61,478 nucleotides of DNA from an uncultured Candidatus Saccharibacteria bacterium. Lineage in GTDB: Bacteria; Patescibacteriota; Minisyncoccia; Phycocordibacterales; PALSA-1337. The stretch is taken from contig CAYXPQ010000004.1 in assembly GCA_964467225.1 (NCBI GenBank), positions 1-61,478 on the forward strand, read 5' to 3'. The position numbers were made by a program, and so were the translations under genes. The notes under the pieces were generated by a model. The model made no database searches, was not told the origin of the DNA, and saw only the letters and a program-made list of their open reading frames with translations. This document shows, in pieces, positions 1 to 9,050 of this stretch (its first letter is position 1; each line of letters opens with the position of its first letter).

Positions 1-1674
1 TGTACCAGATGTACCACCTGATATACATGTACCATTTATAGAGAAACAACCTGATCGAAGATTAATACCACTACCAAATGTTGATGTGGCTGTTGCAGAA
101 ATATTTATGGTGTTGTCACCTGTATCACCAATAGAAAGAGATGAGCCAGGAGTTGTAGTACCCATACCTATATTGCCACTAGATAATATTGATAGGACAC
201 TTGCTGAAGATTGACCAAAAAATTCAGCAATCTTTCCTGCTCCTGTCTGAATAATACTTATGAATGTTGAAGAGGTAGATGTAGAATTTTGAACATCTGA
301 TCTTAAGAATTGTTCACTAGAGAGATTATCTAATGTATCAGCAACAAAAGCTGCCGGAACTGCACCGAGGACTTTCCTTGGTGACATTTCGCCATCTCCT
401 TCAACATTTACACCAAGATATAGTTGCTGATTAAAATCGACATTTGCAATACTACTTACAGATCCAAGCATTACACTAAAGAGGCCGTTTGTTACCTGAA
501 TTTCATTTGCACCAGAGAAATTCTCTGACCATACTTCAGTTCCTCCCAATGAAGATGTATATAATTTAAATTCAATCTGATACAAACCATCTGGCACTAT
601 ATTACCAGCACTATTAGTCAATTTACCTTGATAATTTATCTGCTTATTTATTGCAGCAAAAGTCACTGAGTAAAATCCAAAAAATAGAATTAAAGCAATT
701 ATTATTAATGATATCCTTTTCTTTATATTATTTGTTTTTACAAAAGAAATTATAAGAACTAGGACCGCTAGAGCAATTACTATAATACTTATCGAAGAAG
801 TATTTTTAAATATATTTAGGACACCTAAACTTGCTAGAACATTTAAATCATTAAGTGTAAGTACCCTTAACTCACCTGTCATTCTTTTTTGAGCCTGATT
901 CTTATAATCCATCACTACAATATTCATCTTGTAATTTCCCTTTTTATTTAAAGGAGCTAGAGTAGCTTCATAAGCTGTTTTATCTTTATTTATTTTTAAT
1001 ACAAATGGAAAAACCTTATTTGCATTATCTGGATCTGAAAGAGTTATAGCGATAGTCTTAAGAATCTCTGGGACTTTGTTATATGGCAAAGATACTTTTA
1101 AATTATCTTTACCGTCTATGACGATAGTGCCATTGTTTTGAACAATATTTCTATTGTCTTGAATAAAATTAAAATCAGAAATCTCCAAAACCCTTATCAT
1201 TGGATCAACATCTTTAATATCAATTATCTGAATATCTCTCAAAGGATCAGTATTTTGATACTGAACTTCAATTGGAACGTCTGGATTCATATCCAATATA
1301 GGCGAATTATTTATTATGTCTGTATAAGTAATATCAATTCTCCTTGTACCACCGCTTCTGCTTGATTCTGATATAGAATCTGATACTGTTGTAGGATTAT
1401 TTGATATTGAGTTAGTGATACTTGATTGCTGATATCCTGCACTATTTATATTATTTAAACTATTGGATTTACCTGTTGCAACTTCACCTAATGTATCGTC
1501 AACATAATAAGTTGTAGAATTTGAACTATTTCCACCAAGATTCAAACTATCAGTACTAATGCTGTAATTTCCACTGGACATAGCAAGAGCAGATTTAGTA
1601 AATACAAAAAAAGATACAAAAGTAAATATTGTAAGAAAGAGGGACGCTAAATTAATAATCTTATTTGTTCTCAT
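1..1674 (-). CDS. Large secreted/surface fibre-like protein, N-terminal 558 codons only. The ORF continues past the left window edge and is absent from the supplied ORF track.
   Basis: Hand translation of the minus strand from the ATG at 1674 gives MRTNKIINLASLFLTIFTFVSFFVFTKSALA/MSSGNYSISTDSLNLGGNSSNSTTYYVDDTLGEV. The frame stays open in every 60-nt block down to base 1. It shows a signal-peptide-like N-terminus, two adjacent hydrophobic helices (about 660-800), then INYQGKLTNSAGNIVPDGLYQIEFKLY, VADTLDNLSSEQFLRSD and GNIGMGTTTPGSSLSIG motifs. From memory these are typical of tail-fibre-like surface proteins. Confidence 0.7.
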   Translation of the reverse strand, partial: MRTNKIINLASLFLTIFTFVSFFVFTKSALAMSSGNYSISTDSLNLGGNSSNSTTYYVDDTLGEVATGKSNSLNNINSAGYQQSSITNSISNNPTTVSDSISESSRSGGTRRIDITYTDIINNSPILDMNPDVPIEVQYQNTDPLRDIQIIDIKDVDPMIRVLEISDFNFIQDNRNIVQNNGTIVIDGKDNLKVSLPYNKVPEILKTIAITLSDPDNANKVFPFVLKINKDKTAYEATLAPLNKKGNYKMNIVVMDYKNQAQKRMTGELRVLTLNDLNVLASLGVLNIFKNTSSISIIVIALAVLVLIISFVKTNNIKKRISLIIIALILFFGFYSVTFAAINKQINYQGKLTNSAGNIVPDGLYQIEFKLYTSSLGGTEVWSENFSGANEIQVTNGLFSVMLGSVSSIANVDFNQQLYLGVNVEGDGEMSPRKVLGAVPAAFVADTLDNLSSEQFLRSDVQNSTSTSSTFISIIQTGAGKIAEFFGQSSASVLSILSSGNIGMGTTTPGSSLSIGDTGDNTINISATATSTFGSGINLRSGCFSINGTCISGGTSGT

Positions 1675-2506
1675 CCTTTTTTAAATCTTTTACAGGAACC
1701 ATGACATACAGGAAATCATCACCGTTTGATTCCTTGAATACAGGAACTATCACTCCAGATGTGCCGCTTGAATCTGGTTTAATAGTAACTTCATCTGAGA
1801 ATGGATTTCTCAAATCATTTTTAATTGATTCATCCTCCAATGAAGATGTAGAAGAAGGAGCAACAACAACTCCATTAAGGACTGTTGCAACTATATCCTT
1901 TGAAGAATATGGGAAATATGAAATAAAATTCTTACCAAAAAGAATTGCAGATAACAATAGAAGAATCAGAACAAGAGAGAGATCGAACACATTGCTCTTC
2001 TTCTTAAGAACAGTATTTGATTCAACAACTTTTGGAGGTTCCGGAGTTTTAATTTTTATATTTTCAGACTGTTTCCTCTCTACCTTCTCAATTTCTTTAT
2101 CGATCGAAATAGCAGATATCCCAGACAAAGCAGATAATACATTTGTTGTTGATACAGAATAAACGGGATTCAAGACAGGCTCTGGTTCTGAAATAAAATC
2201 CCTTACTGTTTTATTTGGACCCAAAAAAGACTCAGTGGTAGAAGAAGGAATTACTGGAACCTGGGGCTCAACTGGAACTGAAACGATTTTTACAGAATCA
2301 TCAGATGAAATTTTAGAATCAGAACTTGAAACCTTGTGCTTAAGAACAGACTCCTCACTTACAAACCAAGATCTACCAACCATCGTGCATTCAATTTTAC
2401 CTTCCCTACATAGCTGGCCAACATAGTCACTAGAGTATCCAAATATCACCGCAGCTCGCTTTGCCGAGATGTATTTTTTATCTTGTAAAATAAGAGCATC
2501 CTTCAT
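1661..2506 (-). CDS. Membrane-anchored protein with an N-terminal excisionase/MerR-type helix-turn-helix
   Basis: 281-aa ORF. The N-terminus KYISAKRAAVIFGYSSDYVGQLCREGKIECTMVGRSWFVSEESV looks like an excisionase-family HTH. There is one hydrophobic helix, FDLSLVLILLLLSAILFG. The last 14 nt overlap the start of the downstream surface-protein ORF. Confidence 0.6.
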   Translation of the reverse strand: MKDALILQDKKYISAKRAAVIFGYSSDYVGQLCREGKIECTMVGRSWFVSEESVLKHKVSSSDSKISSDDSVKIVSVPVEPQVPVIPSSTTESFLGPNKTVRDFISEPEPVLNPVYSVSTTNVLSALSGISAISIDKEIEKVERKQSENIKIKTPEPPKVVESNTVLKKKSNVFDLSLVLILLLLSAILFGKNFISYFPYSSKDIVATVLNGVVVAPSSTSSLEDESIKNDLRNPFSDEVTIKPDSSGTSGVIVPVFKESNGDDFLYVMVPVKDLKKDENK

Positions 2507-2532
2507 AAATTTTTATATAATAATTATATCTC

Positions 2533-2874
2533 ATCTCGGACTAAAAAATGACAAAAAACTGTGGATAAAAAAGCAAAAAATTCATTCAAAAAATAATAAA
2601 AAAATTGATTAGCATTCGACAAAAATTCAAAGAAATATCGCAGAACTTTACACAACAGCTAATATCATCTAAAACAACCCAAAAAATGCATGGTAACTTC
2701 AAAAAGTTGGAATAATTAACATCATTCATGATCCAAAGTTAAATTCAAAAAAACACTGAGCAAATAATCAGTCCCTAGTAATAAGTAGTCATTCAATAAC
2801 CTATCTCGGATGAACGAGCCAATAATATGCTCTAAAATAATATTATAATTAAAAACATACAAACAAATCTCGGA
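2533..2874 (+). repeat. Three same-orientation copies of the octamer ATCTCGGA (2533-2540, 2803-2810, 2867-2874) in a 740-bp AT-rich spacer
   Basis: Read directly from the sequence. A 50%-GC octamer occurring three times in a spacer that is otherwise almost pure A/T is unlikely by chance. Copy 1 lies 4 nt upstream (minus-strand sense) of a TATAAT that precedes the 1661-2506 gene. Confidence 0.4.
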
Positions 2875-3244
2875 TAGAATATTAAAATAAAATTGGCGGC
2901 TTAACACACTAATATTCATAAATTAAATTTAAAAAATAATTAAAATTTGTGAAAAAAATTAAAACTATTTAGAAAAACGACCCTTTAAAATGAGTTATAG
3001 GGAATTTAAATTTTAGTTACTAAGTATATGATCATTTAAAAAAAACAAGTCATTATAAATAATTATAATCGGTGCAATCTTCTAATCAAAATAAACATAA
3101 TAAATACTAATAATATTTTATGGAATCATGGGATATAAAAATACATTAATACTGTGTATAAATCATTATTTATAATTAATATTTATGTTATAATGTATAT
3201 CAATGTTTAGTAATATTTATTAATAACAATATCTAAGTAATAAA

Positions 3245-3487
3245 ATGGAAAAAAAATATATAACTATAAAGGAAGCAGCTAAGATTTTGGGGGTTTCTCC
3301 TCTAACTTTGAGGAACTGGGATAATAGTGGGAGATTTCCAGCTGGAAGACACCCTATCAGTAATTATAGGGTTTACAAAATTGATGATATAAACGAGCTC
3401 ATTGAGCAGATGGATAGGTTAGCAGTAGGAATAAGACGACCTAACAAGAAAACTGTTAAGAAGCTTATAGTCAAGCACTTGGATTAG
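3245..3487 (+). CDS. Small MerR/excisionase-family HTH DNA-binding protein
   Basis: 80 aa. YITIKEAAKILGVSPLTLRNWDNSGRFPAGRHPISNYRVY fits the MerR/excisionase HTH pattern. The 3' end overlaps the gatB stop by 4 nt in convergent orientation. Confidence 0.7.
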   Translation: MEKKYITIKEAAKILGVSPLTLRNWDNSGRFPAGRHPISNYRVYKIDDINELIEQMDRLAVGIRRPNKKTVKKLIVKHLD

Positions 3488-4917
3488 CCTATGATTTCTA
3501 AGGCAATATTTTTTAGTAATTCTGGATTTGCGGATCCCTTAGTTGCTTTCATTCCTTGTCCTACAAAAAACTGTAAAGCTGCTACCTTGCCCTTTTTATA
3601 ATCTTCAACCACATTTGGATTTTCAATTATAATCTTTTCAATTATTTTTTTGATTTCACCTTCATCACTTTTTTGTATCAAATCATTCTCAATCGCGATC
3701 TTCTCTGGATCAATATTATTTTTGATCATCAATGATAAAATATCTTTCGCTCCCCTTGAAGAAAGTTTTTTGCCTTCAATCATGGTCATCAACTTTTCAA
3801 AATTAATTTCACTTACAGAATTCAGTTTTGCATTTTCTTTTTTTATAAGTCCAAGATAATCTGTTAACAAATAATTGATAGCTAACTTTGTAATACTTTT
3901 TTTGTTAGAAATAACTTTCTCAAAATAATTTCCTACCTCTGGGGTCTCAACCATAATCGCTACTTCTTTATCAGTCATGCCGAATTCTTTTTGTAGTCTT
4001 ACCCTCTTCACCCACGGTAACTCAGGTGTCTCTTTCTGGAGACTGTTCTCACTGAATTCTTCTACATCACTTATTTTTAATTTTGGTAAATCAGGGTCAG
4101 GAAAATATCTGTAGTCATGAGAACTCTCCTTCAACCTTTGAGAAAATGTTTTGCCAGAATTTTCGTCCCAGCCTCTTGTCTCCTGTCTGACCTTATCACC
4201 AGACTCCACTAATTTTATCTGTCTATCAATTTCATATGTGATTGCCTTTTCGACAGCTTTGAATGAATTCAAATTCTTTACCTCAGTCTTTGTTCCAAAT
4301 TTTTTGTTCTTTGTATCATCAATAGTTGCAATAGAAATATTCGCTTCGACTCTCATTTCTCCTTTTTCTAGATTTGCCTCCCCTGCCCCCAAGTATCTTA
4401 GTAGCAATTGTAGCTCTTTTGCAAATTTTACAGCAGTTGAAGCGTCGTGAATAACTGGTTCAGTAACTAGCTCCATAAGAGGTACTCCAGATCTATTAAA
4501 GTTTATTAAGCTTTTCTTATGTATATCATGTGTAGATTGAGCCGTATCTTCTTCTAGATGTATTCTAGTTATCTCTACCCCAGCCATAGAACCACCAGAA
4601 ACAAGAGGATATTTGTACTGGCTTATTTGGTAACCTTTTGGAATGTCAGGATAAAAATAGTTTTTCCTGTCCCATTCGGTAAAATCTGCAATCTCACCAT
4701 TCACTGCATGACCAATCTTTAGAACATGCTTGATCGCTTCCTTGTTCAAAACAGGCAAAGTACCAGGATGTCCCATACAAACTGGGCATATATTCATATT
4801 TGGCTTTTTTTCATCTGGATCATTTTTACATGAACAAAACATCTTAGATGATGTCTTTAATTCTGCATGAATTTCTAATCCAATAGTCGCCAAATATTTA
4901 TCACTCATAATATGCAT
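3484..4917 (-). CDS. gatB: Asp/Glu-tRNA(Asn/Gln) amidotransferase subunit B
   Basis: 477 aa. Motifs GLEIHAELKTSSKMFCSC, CPVCMGHPGTLPV and a C-terminal GatB/YqeY-like tail (GQGMKATKGSANP). The true start may be the ATG at 4908 (MSDKY). Confidence 0.9.
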   Translation of the reverse strand: MHIMSDKYLATIGLEIHAELKTSSKMFCSCKNDPDEKKPNMNICPVCMGHPGTLPVLNKEAIKHVLKIGHAVNGEIADFTEWDRKNYFYPDIPKGYQISQYKYPLVSGGSMAGVEITRIHLEEDTAQSTHDIHKKSLINFNRSGVPLMELVTEPVIHDASTAVKFAKELQLLLRYLGAGEANLEKGEMRVEANISIATIDDTKNKKFGTKTEVKNLNSFKAVEKAITYEIDRQIKLVESGDKVRQETRGWDENSGKTFSQRLKESSHDYRYFPDPDLPKLKISDVEEFSENSLQKETPELPWVKRVRLQKEFGMTDKEVAIMVETPEVGNYFEKVISNKKSITKLAINYLLTDYLGLIKKENAKLNSVSEINFEKLMTMIEGKKLSSRGAKDILSLMIKNNIDPEKIAIENDLIQKSDEGEIKKIIEKIIIENPNVVEDYKKGKVAALQFFVGQGMKATKGSANPELLKNIALEIIG

Positions 4918-4932
4918 AATAGCAAAAGTGAG

Positions 4933-5904
4933 CTATTTACTCAATCTCTTGGTTATCTTGTCGGTTAGGTCTTTGATATCTTTATCATCTAACACTGTGA
5001 TGGTTAGAATATCTTTATTATATTTTTTCAAAGATGATATTGCTTTATCAATAACTTTTTTATCTACCATATCTGTCTTAGTTAGGATTATCGTTTCTTC
5101 TTTATCTTCAAGTCCATGTCCATAGCTTTCTAACTCTTTCCTTATAGTTTTATATACAGTAACTATAGCTTTCTCTTCAAGAGAAATTAAATGAAATAAT
5201 CTTTTTGTTCTTTTGATATGTCTTAAAAATTTATAGCCTAGTCCTTTGCCTTCGGAAGCACCTTCGATCAAACCTGGAATATCAGCTATTACATAACCAC
5301 CTTTAAGTGCGCCTAGATTTGGTTCTAGAGTTGTGAAAGCATAACTTCCAACCTGAGCTTTTGCATTCGTAATTGCATTTAGCAGACTAGATTTGCCAGC
5401 ATTAGGCAAACCTATTAATCCTGCATCAGCAACTAATTCTAGAGAAATGTGAAAATCAGCTTCTTCGCCTCTAACTCCAGGAGTACTCTGTTTAGGAGTT
5501 ACATTTGTTGAAGCCTTGAAATGTTCATTGCCTAAACCTCCCCTTCCTCCATTTAATATTTTGATAGTTTCATTCTCTGTATTGAGATAATAAATTCTTG
5601 AAGTTCTAAGATCAGTAATTACTGAACCGATAGGTAAATCAATAGTTAAGTCTTTACCATCTGCACCATGCATACTATTTCTCATTCCATCTTCACCCTT
5701 ACCAGCTTCAAACTCTTTCGTATTTCTATAACTAGCTAATATACCTAGGTCTCGAATACCTCTGACATACACATCTCCCCCCTTTCCGCCATTACCTCCC
5801 GCAGCACCAGAAAATTCCTTACCACGTTCATGTCGCCATCTCACTACACCATTACCACCATTTCCAGCTTTTATATGAAATGTTAAATCGTCAATAAACG
5901 CCAT
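4933..5904 (-). CDS. obg: GTPase Obg/CgtA
   Basis: 323 aa. Glycine-rich Obg fold (KAGNGGNGVVRWRHERGKEFSGAAGGNGGKGGDVY) followed by the P-loop GLPNAGKSSLLN and DIPGLIEGAS. Confidence 0.9.
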   Translation of the reverse strand: MAFIDDLTFHIKAGNGGNGVVRWRHERGKEFSGAAGGNGGKGGDVYVRGIRDLGILASYRNTKEFEAGKGEDGMRNSMHGADGKDLTIDLPIGSVITDLRTSRIYYLNTENETIKILNGGRGGLGNEHFKASTNVTPKQSTPGVRGEEADFHISLELVADAGLIGLPNAGKSSLLNAITNAKAQVGSYAFTTLEPNLGALKGGYVIADIPGLIEGASEGKGLGYKFLRHIKRTKRLFHLISLEEKAIVTVYKTIRKELESYGHGLEDKEETIILTKTDMVDKKVIDKAISSLKKYNKDILTITVLDDKDIKDLTDKITKRLSK

Positions 5905-5957
5905 AATTTATGAATTAAGTAAGAATGAATATTATATTCTTAATCAGCAATGTAACA

Positions 5958-6998
5958 TTATTTTGTAGTCTTGTAAATTTCTAGTAAAGCGTATAGCAAA
6001 GCAATAATCAGAGGGCCAGCTATAAATCCAATAGGACCGAAGAATACTAGACCTCCCATTACAGAAAGTAGAATAATAAAAGGATGAATTTGTATTCCCC
6101 TATTAACTAATATTGGGCCTAGATAGTTATCAATAAAACCAACTGCTACAATTCCCCATATTAATAACCCTAATGAATGTAGATTTGTACTTGTAAAGAA
6201 TAGATACAATACACCAGGAATTATGACTAGAGATGTTCCAAGTCCAGGAATAAGAGCGGCTACCACAGCAAAACTTCCCCACAAAGCAGGATTTGGAACT
6301 CCAAATATATAGAAACCAAGTCCAGTCAACAGGCCCTGGATTACACTAACTACTAATGAGCCCACCACAACAGATCTTATTGCCTGTTTTAGTTTTACCA
6401 TTATTTTCTCATCATAACTATCCGCTAATGGACTTATAGAAATAAGATCCTGCCTGAACTTACCCCCATCTCTCAATAAATAAAATAGAGCAAAGAGCAT
6501 AATGAATATTTGTAAAACCAGTCTTGTAACACTTGAAAATATAGTATCCAGATTAGCAAAAGACCATTCCAAAAAATTCTGTATATATGTAGTAACATTC
6601 AAGGAATTAAAATCATACGCAGGGAAAGCATTGAAGAGCCTGTCAGATAAGGCTTGAGATATTGAGTTTAGAGTATTTATTATTTCTGATCTCTGTCCTT
6701 CTTCTGTTAGACTGAAATATAACTGCTCGCTTTCAAAATATATTTGTTGTCCCAAGAATATTAGAGGAGTGACAATTAGTCCCGCAACAATAAATAATGT
6801 TATGAAAGAAGAAATACTACTTCTTTGATTGCCCTTTGAGAAAATCCTAGAAACCCATCTGTGTAGAGGACGAAACATTACAGAGAACACCAGTGCCAGA
6901 AGTAAAGATGTAAGATATGGATAGAATATAAATATAGTCAGAATAAGTGCTGATATAAGAATCACTAAGAAAAAATAATGTTGAGACTTACTTTCCAT
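5958..6998 (-). CDS. AI-2E family (PerM/UPF0118) transporter
   Basis: 346 aa and polytopic. Overall topology and the C-terminal GxxGxxxGPxxxA-type segment (GPIGFIAGPLIIAL) are typical of the family. Confidence 0.75.
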   Translation of the reverse strand: MESKSQHYFFLVILISALILTIFIFYPYLTSLLLALVFSVMFRPLHRWVSRIFSKGNQRSSISSFITLFIVAGLIVTPLIFLGQQIYFESEQLYFSLTEEGQRSEIINTLNSISQALSDRLFNAFPAYDFNSLNVTTYIQNFLEWSFANLDTIFSSVTRLVLQIFIMLFALFYLLRDGGKFRQDLISISPLADSYDEKIMVKLKQAIRSVVVGSLVVSVIQGLLTGLGFYIFGVPNPALWGSFAVVAALIPGLGTSLVIIPGVLYLFFTSTNLHSLGLLIWGIVAVGFIDNYLGPILVNRGIQIHPFIILLSVMGGLVFFGPIGFIAGPLIIALLYALLEIYKTTK

Positions 6999-7043
6999 GA
7001 TTAGTACTATTATTACATATATAATTCAACTTGCAACAATATT

Positions 7044-7298
7044 ATGTATGTGATATATTGGCTATCAATGAAGACGATAGTCTCTATACTTCCGTACATA
7101 CAGATTGTATTAGCAGTGATCTTAGTAACTGCTATACTACTCCAGAGAACCGGCGCACAGATTGGTGGGGCTTTTGGTGGTAGTGACAATTTTAGTTCGG
7201 CATTTCATACAAGACGTGGTTTCGAAAGAACCCTCTTCATAATAACTATTGTAATAGCATTACTATTCGTTATTTCATCCCTATTAACACTTATTTAA
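7044..7298 (+). CDS. secG: Preprotein translocase subunit SecG
   Basis: Two TM helices flank LLQRTGAQIGGAFGGSDNFSSAFHTRRGFERTL, the classic SecG glycine-rich loop. The start is probably the internal ATG at 7068 (MKTIV). Confidence 0.7.
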   Translation: MYVIYWLSMKTIVSILPYIQIVLAVILVTAILLQRTGAQIGGAFGGSDNFSSAFHTRRGFERTLFIITIVIALLFVISSLLTLI

Positions 7299-7326
7299 TA
7301 TTAAGTAATTAAACCCTTAAACTTCC

Positions 7327-9042
7327 GTGAATGAATTCCATTTAAAAAAGGGAGAGAAAACCCTTTCATTAATAAAGCAATTTTCCCCAACAGAGAAACT
7401 AGTCTTTACTATATTATTAGTAATTTCTTTAATAAGCTCTTTAGTTTTAGCAAACAAAGTCAACAATTTCTTCTTATTACCAGTTATTGCTCATGGAGGT
7501 TCTTTAACTGAGGGTGTTATAGGGTTACCTCGATACATCAACCCAGTATTGGCTTTTACAGATGTGGATAGAGATTTGGCTACATTGGTGTATTCAGGAT
7601 TAATGAGATATGACGGAAATGATCTGATCCCGGATCTTGCAGACAAATACTCTATATCTAAGGATGAATTAACTTATACTTTTACTTTAAAAGATAATAT
7701 TCGTTTTCAAGATGGTACACAATTAACTACTGACGATATTGAATTTACAATTCAAAAAATACAAGACGTAAATTTAAAAAGCCCAAAGGCAGCTGATTGG
7801 GCCAATATTTCTATTAAAAAAATTAATTCGAGAGAAATACAGTTTCAATTAAAACAACCTTATTCACCATTTTTAGCCAATACGACAATAGGTATACTTC
7901 CAAAACATATATGGAAAAATGTAGATGTAAGTCAATTTATATTTAGCCAATATAATCTTGAACCAATCGGTTCTGGTCCTTTCAAAATAAATAGCATTGT
8001 AAGAGATAGTGGAGGAGTACCCAAGTCTTATAACTTAATTTCATTTGATAAATATTATGAACATGAGCCATACCTTTCATCAATAAATATACTATTTTTC
8101 CCTAATGAAAAAATAGCTATTGAAGCTCTGACTTCTGGTACTATTGAAAGCTTAGCTGGAATATCTCCCTTAGAGTCTACAAAAATAGCATCATCAATTC
8201 CTTCAATAAAAATATTGAGCACACCTCTGCCAAGAATATTTGGTGTCTTCTTTAATCAAAGCAATTCACCTGTTCTATCTAACAAAGAAATCAGACAAGC
8301 ATTAAATCTTGCCTTAAACAAAGAGAAGATTGTAAATGAAGTTTTATATGGATATGGAATAAGTATTAATAGTCCATTACCACATAATTTCTCTACAACA
8401 ACAAACAATAATCTCAATTCAGACAAAGAAGCAGCAAAAGAAATATTGTCAAAAGCAGGTTGGGCAATAAATAGCGATGGAATACTTGAGAAAAAAGACA
8501 AAAAATCTACTCAAACTCTAGAATTCTCAATTGCTACAGCAGATTCAACTGAATTTAAACAAGTTGCAGAAATAATAAAAAAAGAGTGGGAAACAATAGG
8601 AGCAAGAGTAAATATTAAGGTATTTGAATTCGGAGATCTTTCACAAAATATAATTAAAACAAGAAAATATGATGCCTTATTATTTGGTGAATATATTGGT
8701 AAAGATTTAGATCTATATGCATTTTGGCATTCTTCTCAGAGAAATTCTCCTGGACTGAATGTTGCTCAATATGTAAACAGCAAAGTAGACAAAATTCTTG
8801 AGGATATTAGAACCACATCAATTGACTCTGACAAATCTGAGCTATATAGAGATTTCGAAAAGATCATACAAGATGATATGCCGGCAATATTCTTATATTC
8901 ACCAGAATATATGTACATACTTCCAGATAAGATAAAAGGTGTAGAGTTTAAAACAATAAACAATCCTTCAGATAGACTCTTCAATTCAGTATCATGGTAC
9001 ACAGAAACAGACAAAGTATGGAAAATATTTGCAAATAATTAA
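7327..9042 (+). CDS. ABC transporter substrate-binding protein, family 5 (peptide/nickel type), membrane anchored
   Basis: 571 aa with a GTG start and an N-terminal TM anchor. DLIPDLADKYSISKDELTYTFTLKDNIRFQDGTQLTTDDIEFT is the typical SBP_bac_5 signature region. Confidence 0.8.
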   Translation: MNEFHLKKGEKTLSLIKQFSPTEKLVFTILLVISLISSLVLANKVNNFFLLPVIAHGGSLTEGVIGLPRYINPVLAFTDVDRDLATLVYSGLMRYDGNDLIPDLADKYSISKDELTYTFTLKDNIRFQDGTQLTTDDIEFTIQKIQDVNLKSPKAADWANISIKKINSREIQFQLKQPYSPFLANTTIGILPKHIWKNVDVSQFIFSQYNLEPIGSGPFKINSIVRDSGGVPKSYNLISFDKYYEHEPYLSSINILFFPNEKIAIEALTSGTIESLAGISPLESTKIASSIPSIKILSTPLPRIFGVFFNQSNSPVLSNKEIRQALNLALNKEKIVNEVLYGYGISINSPLPHNFSTTTNNNLNSDKEAAKEILSKAGWAINSDGILEKKDKKSTQTLEFSIATADSTEFKQVAEIIKKEWETIGARVNIKVFEFGDLSQNIIKTRKYDALLFGEYIGKDLDLYAFWHSSQRNSPGLNVAQYVNSKVDKILEDIRTTSIDSDKSELYRDFEKIIQDDMPAIFLYSPEYMYILPDKIKGVEFKTINNPSDRLFNSVSWYTETDKVWKIFANN

Positions 9043-9050
9043 TAAAAAAT

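Noticed and set aside
1665-2426. Plus-strand ORFs 1665-2162 and 2235-2426, antisense to the HTH-TM gene. The same pattern recurs elsewhere (3650-3859, 4151-4450, 8256-8501, 8766-9014, 14020-14400, 19645-19875, 23197-23550, 30191-30565, 39352-39600, 44673-44964, 45589-45825, 47369-47629, 49920-50394, 53761-54015, 55916-56164, 57136-57396, 59020-59628).
   Set aside because: All lie fully inside longer ORFs on the opposite strand that have recognisable protein families. Their products are low-complexity S/F/L/I-rich, which is typical of shadow ORFs.
2560-2568. A perfect DnaA-box 9-mer (TGTGGATAA, the complement of TTATCCACA) in the long AT-rich spacer, suggesting oriC.
   Set aside because: There is only one box in the spacer, no cluster, and no dnaA/dnaN nearby. 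A single 9-mer match is expected occasionally, so it is not enough to call an origin.
2722-2919. A 65-aa minus-strand ORF inside the AT-rich spacer.
   Set aside because: The sequence is low-complexity and I/L/N/Y-rich, as expected from random A/T-rich DNA, and it shows no promoter or terminator logic. It is probably non-coding, though it does contain two of the ATCTCGGA copies.
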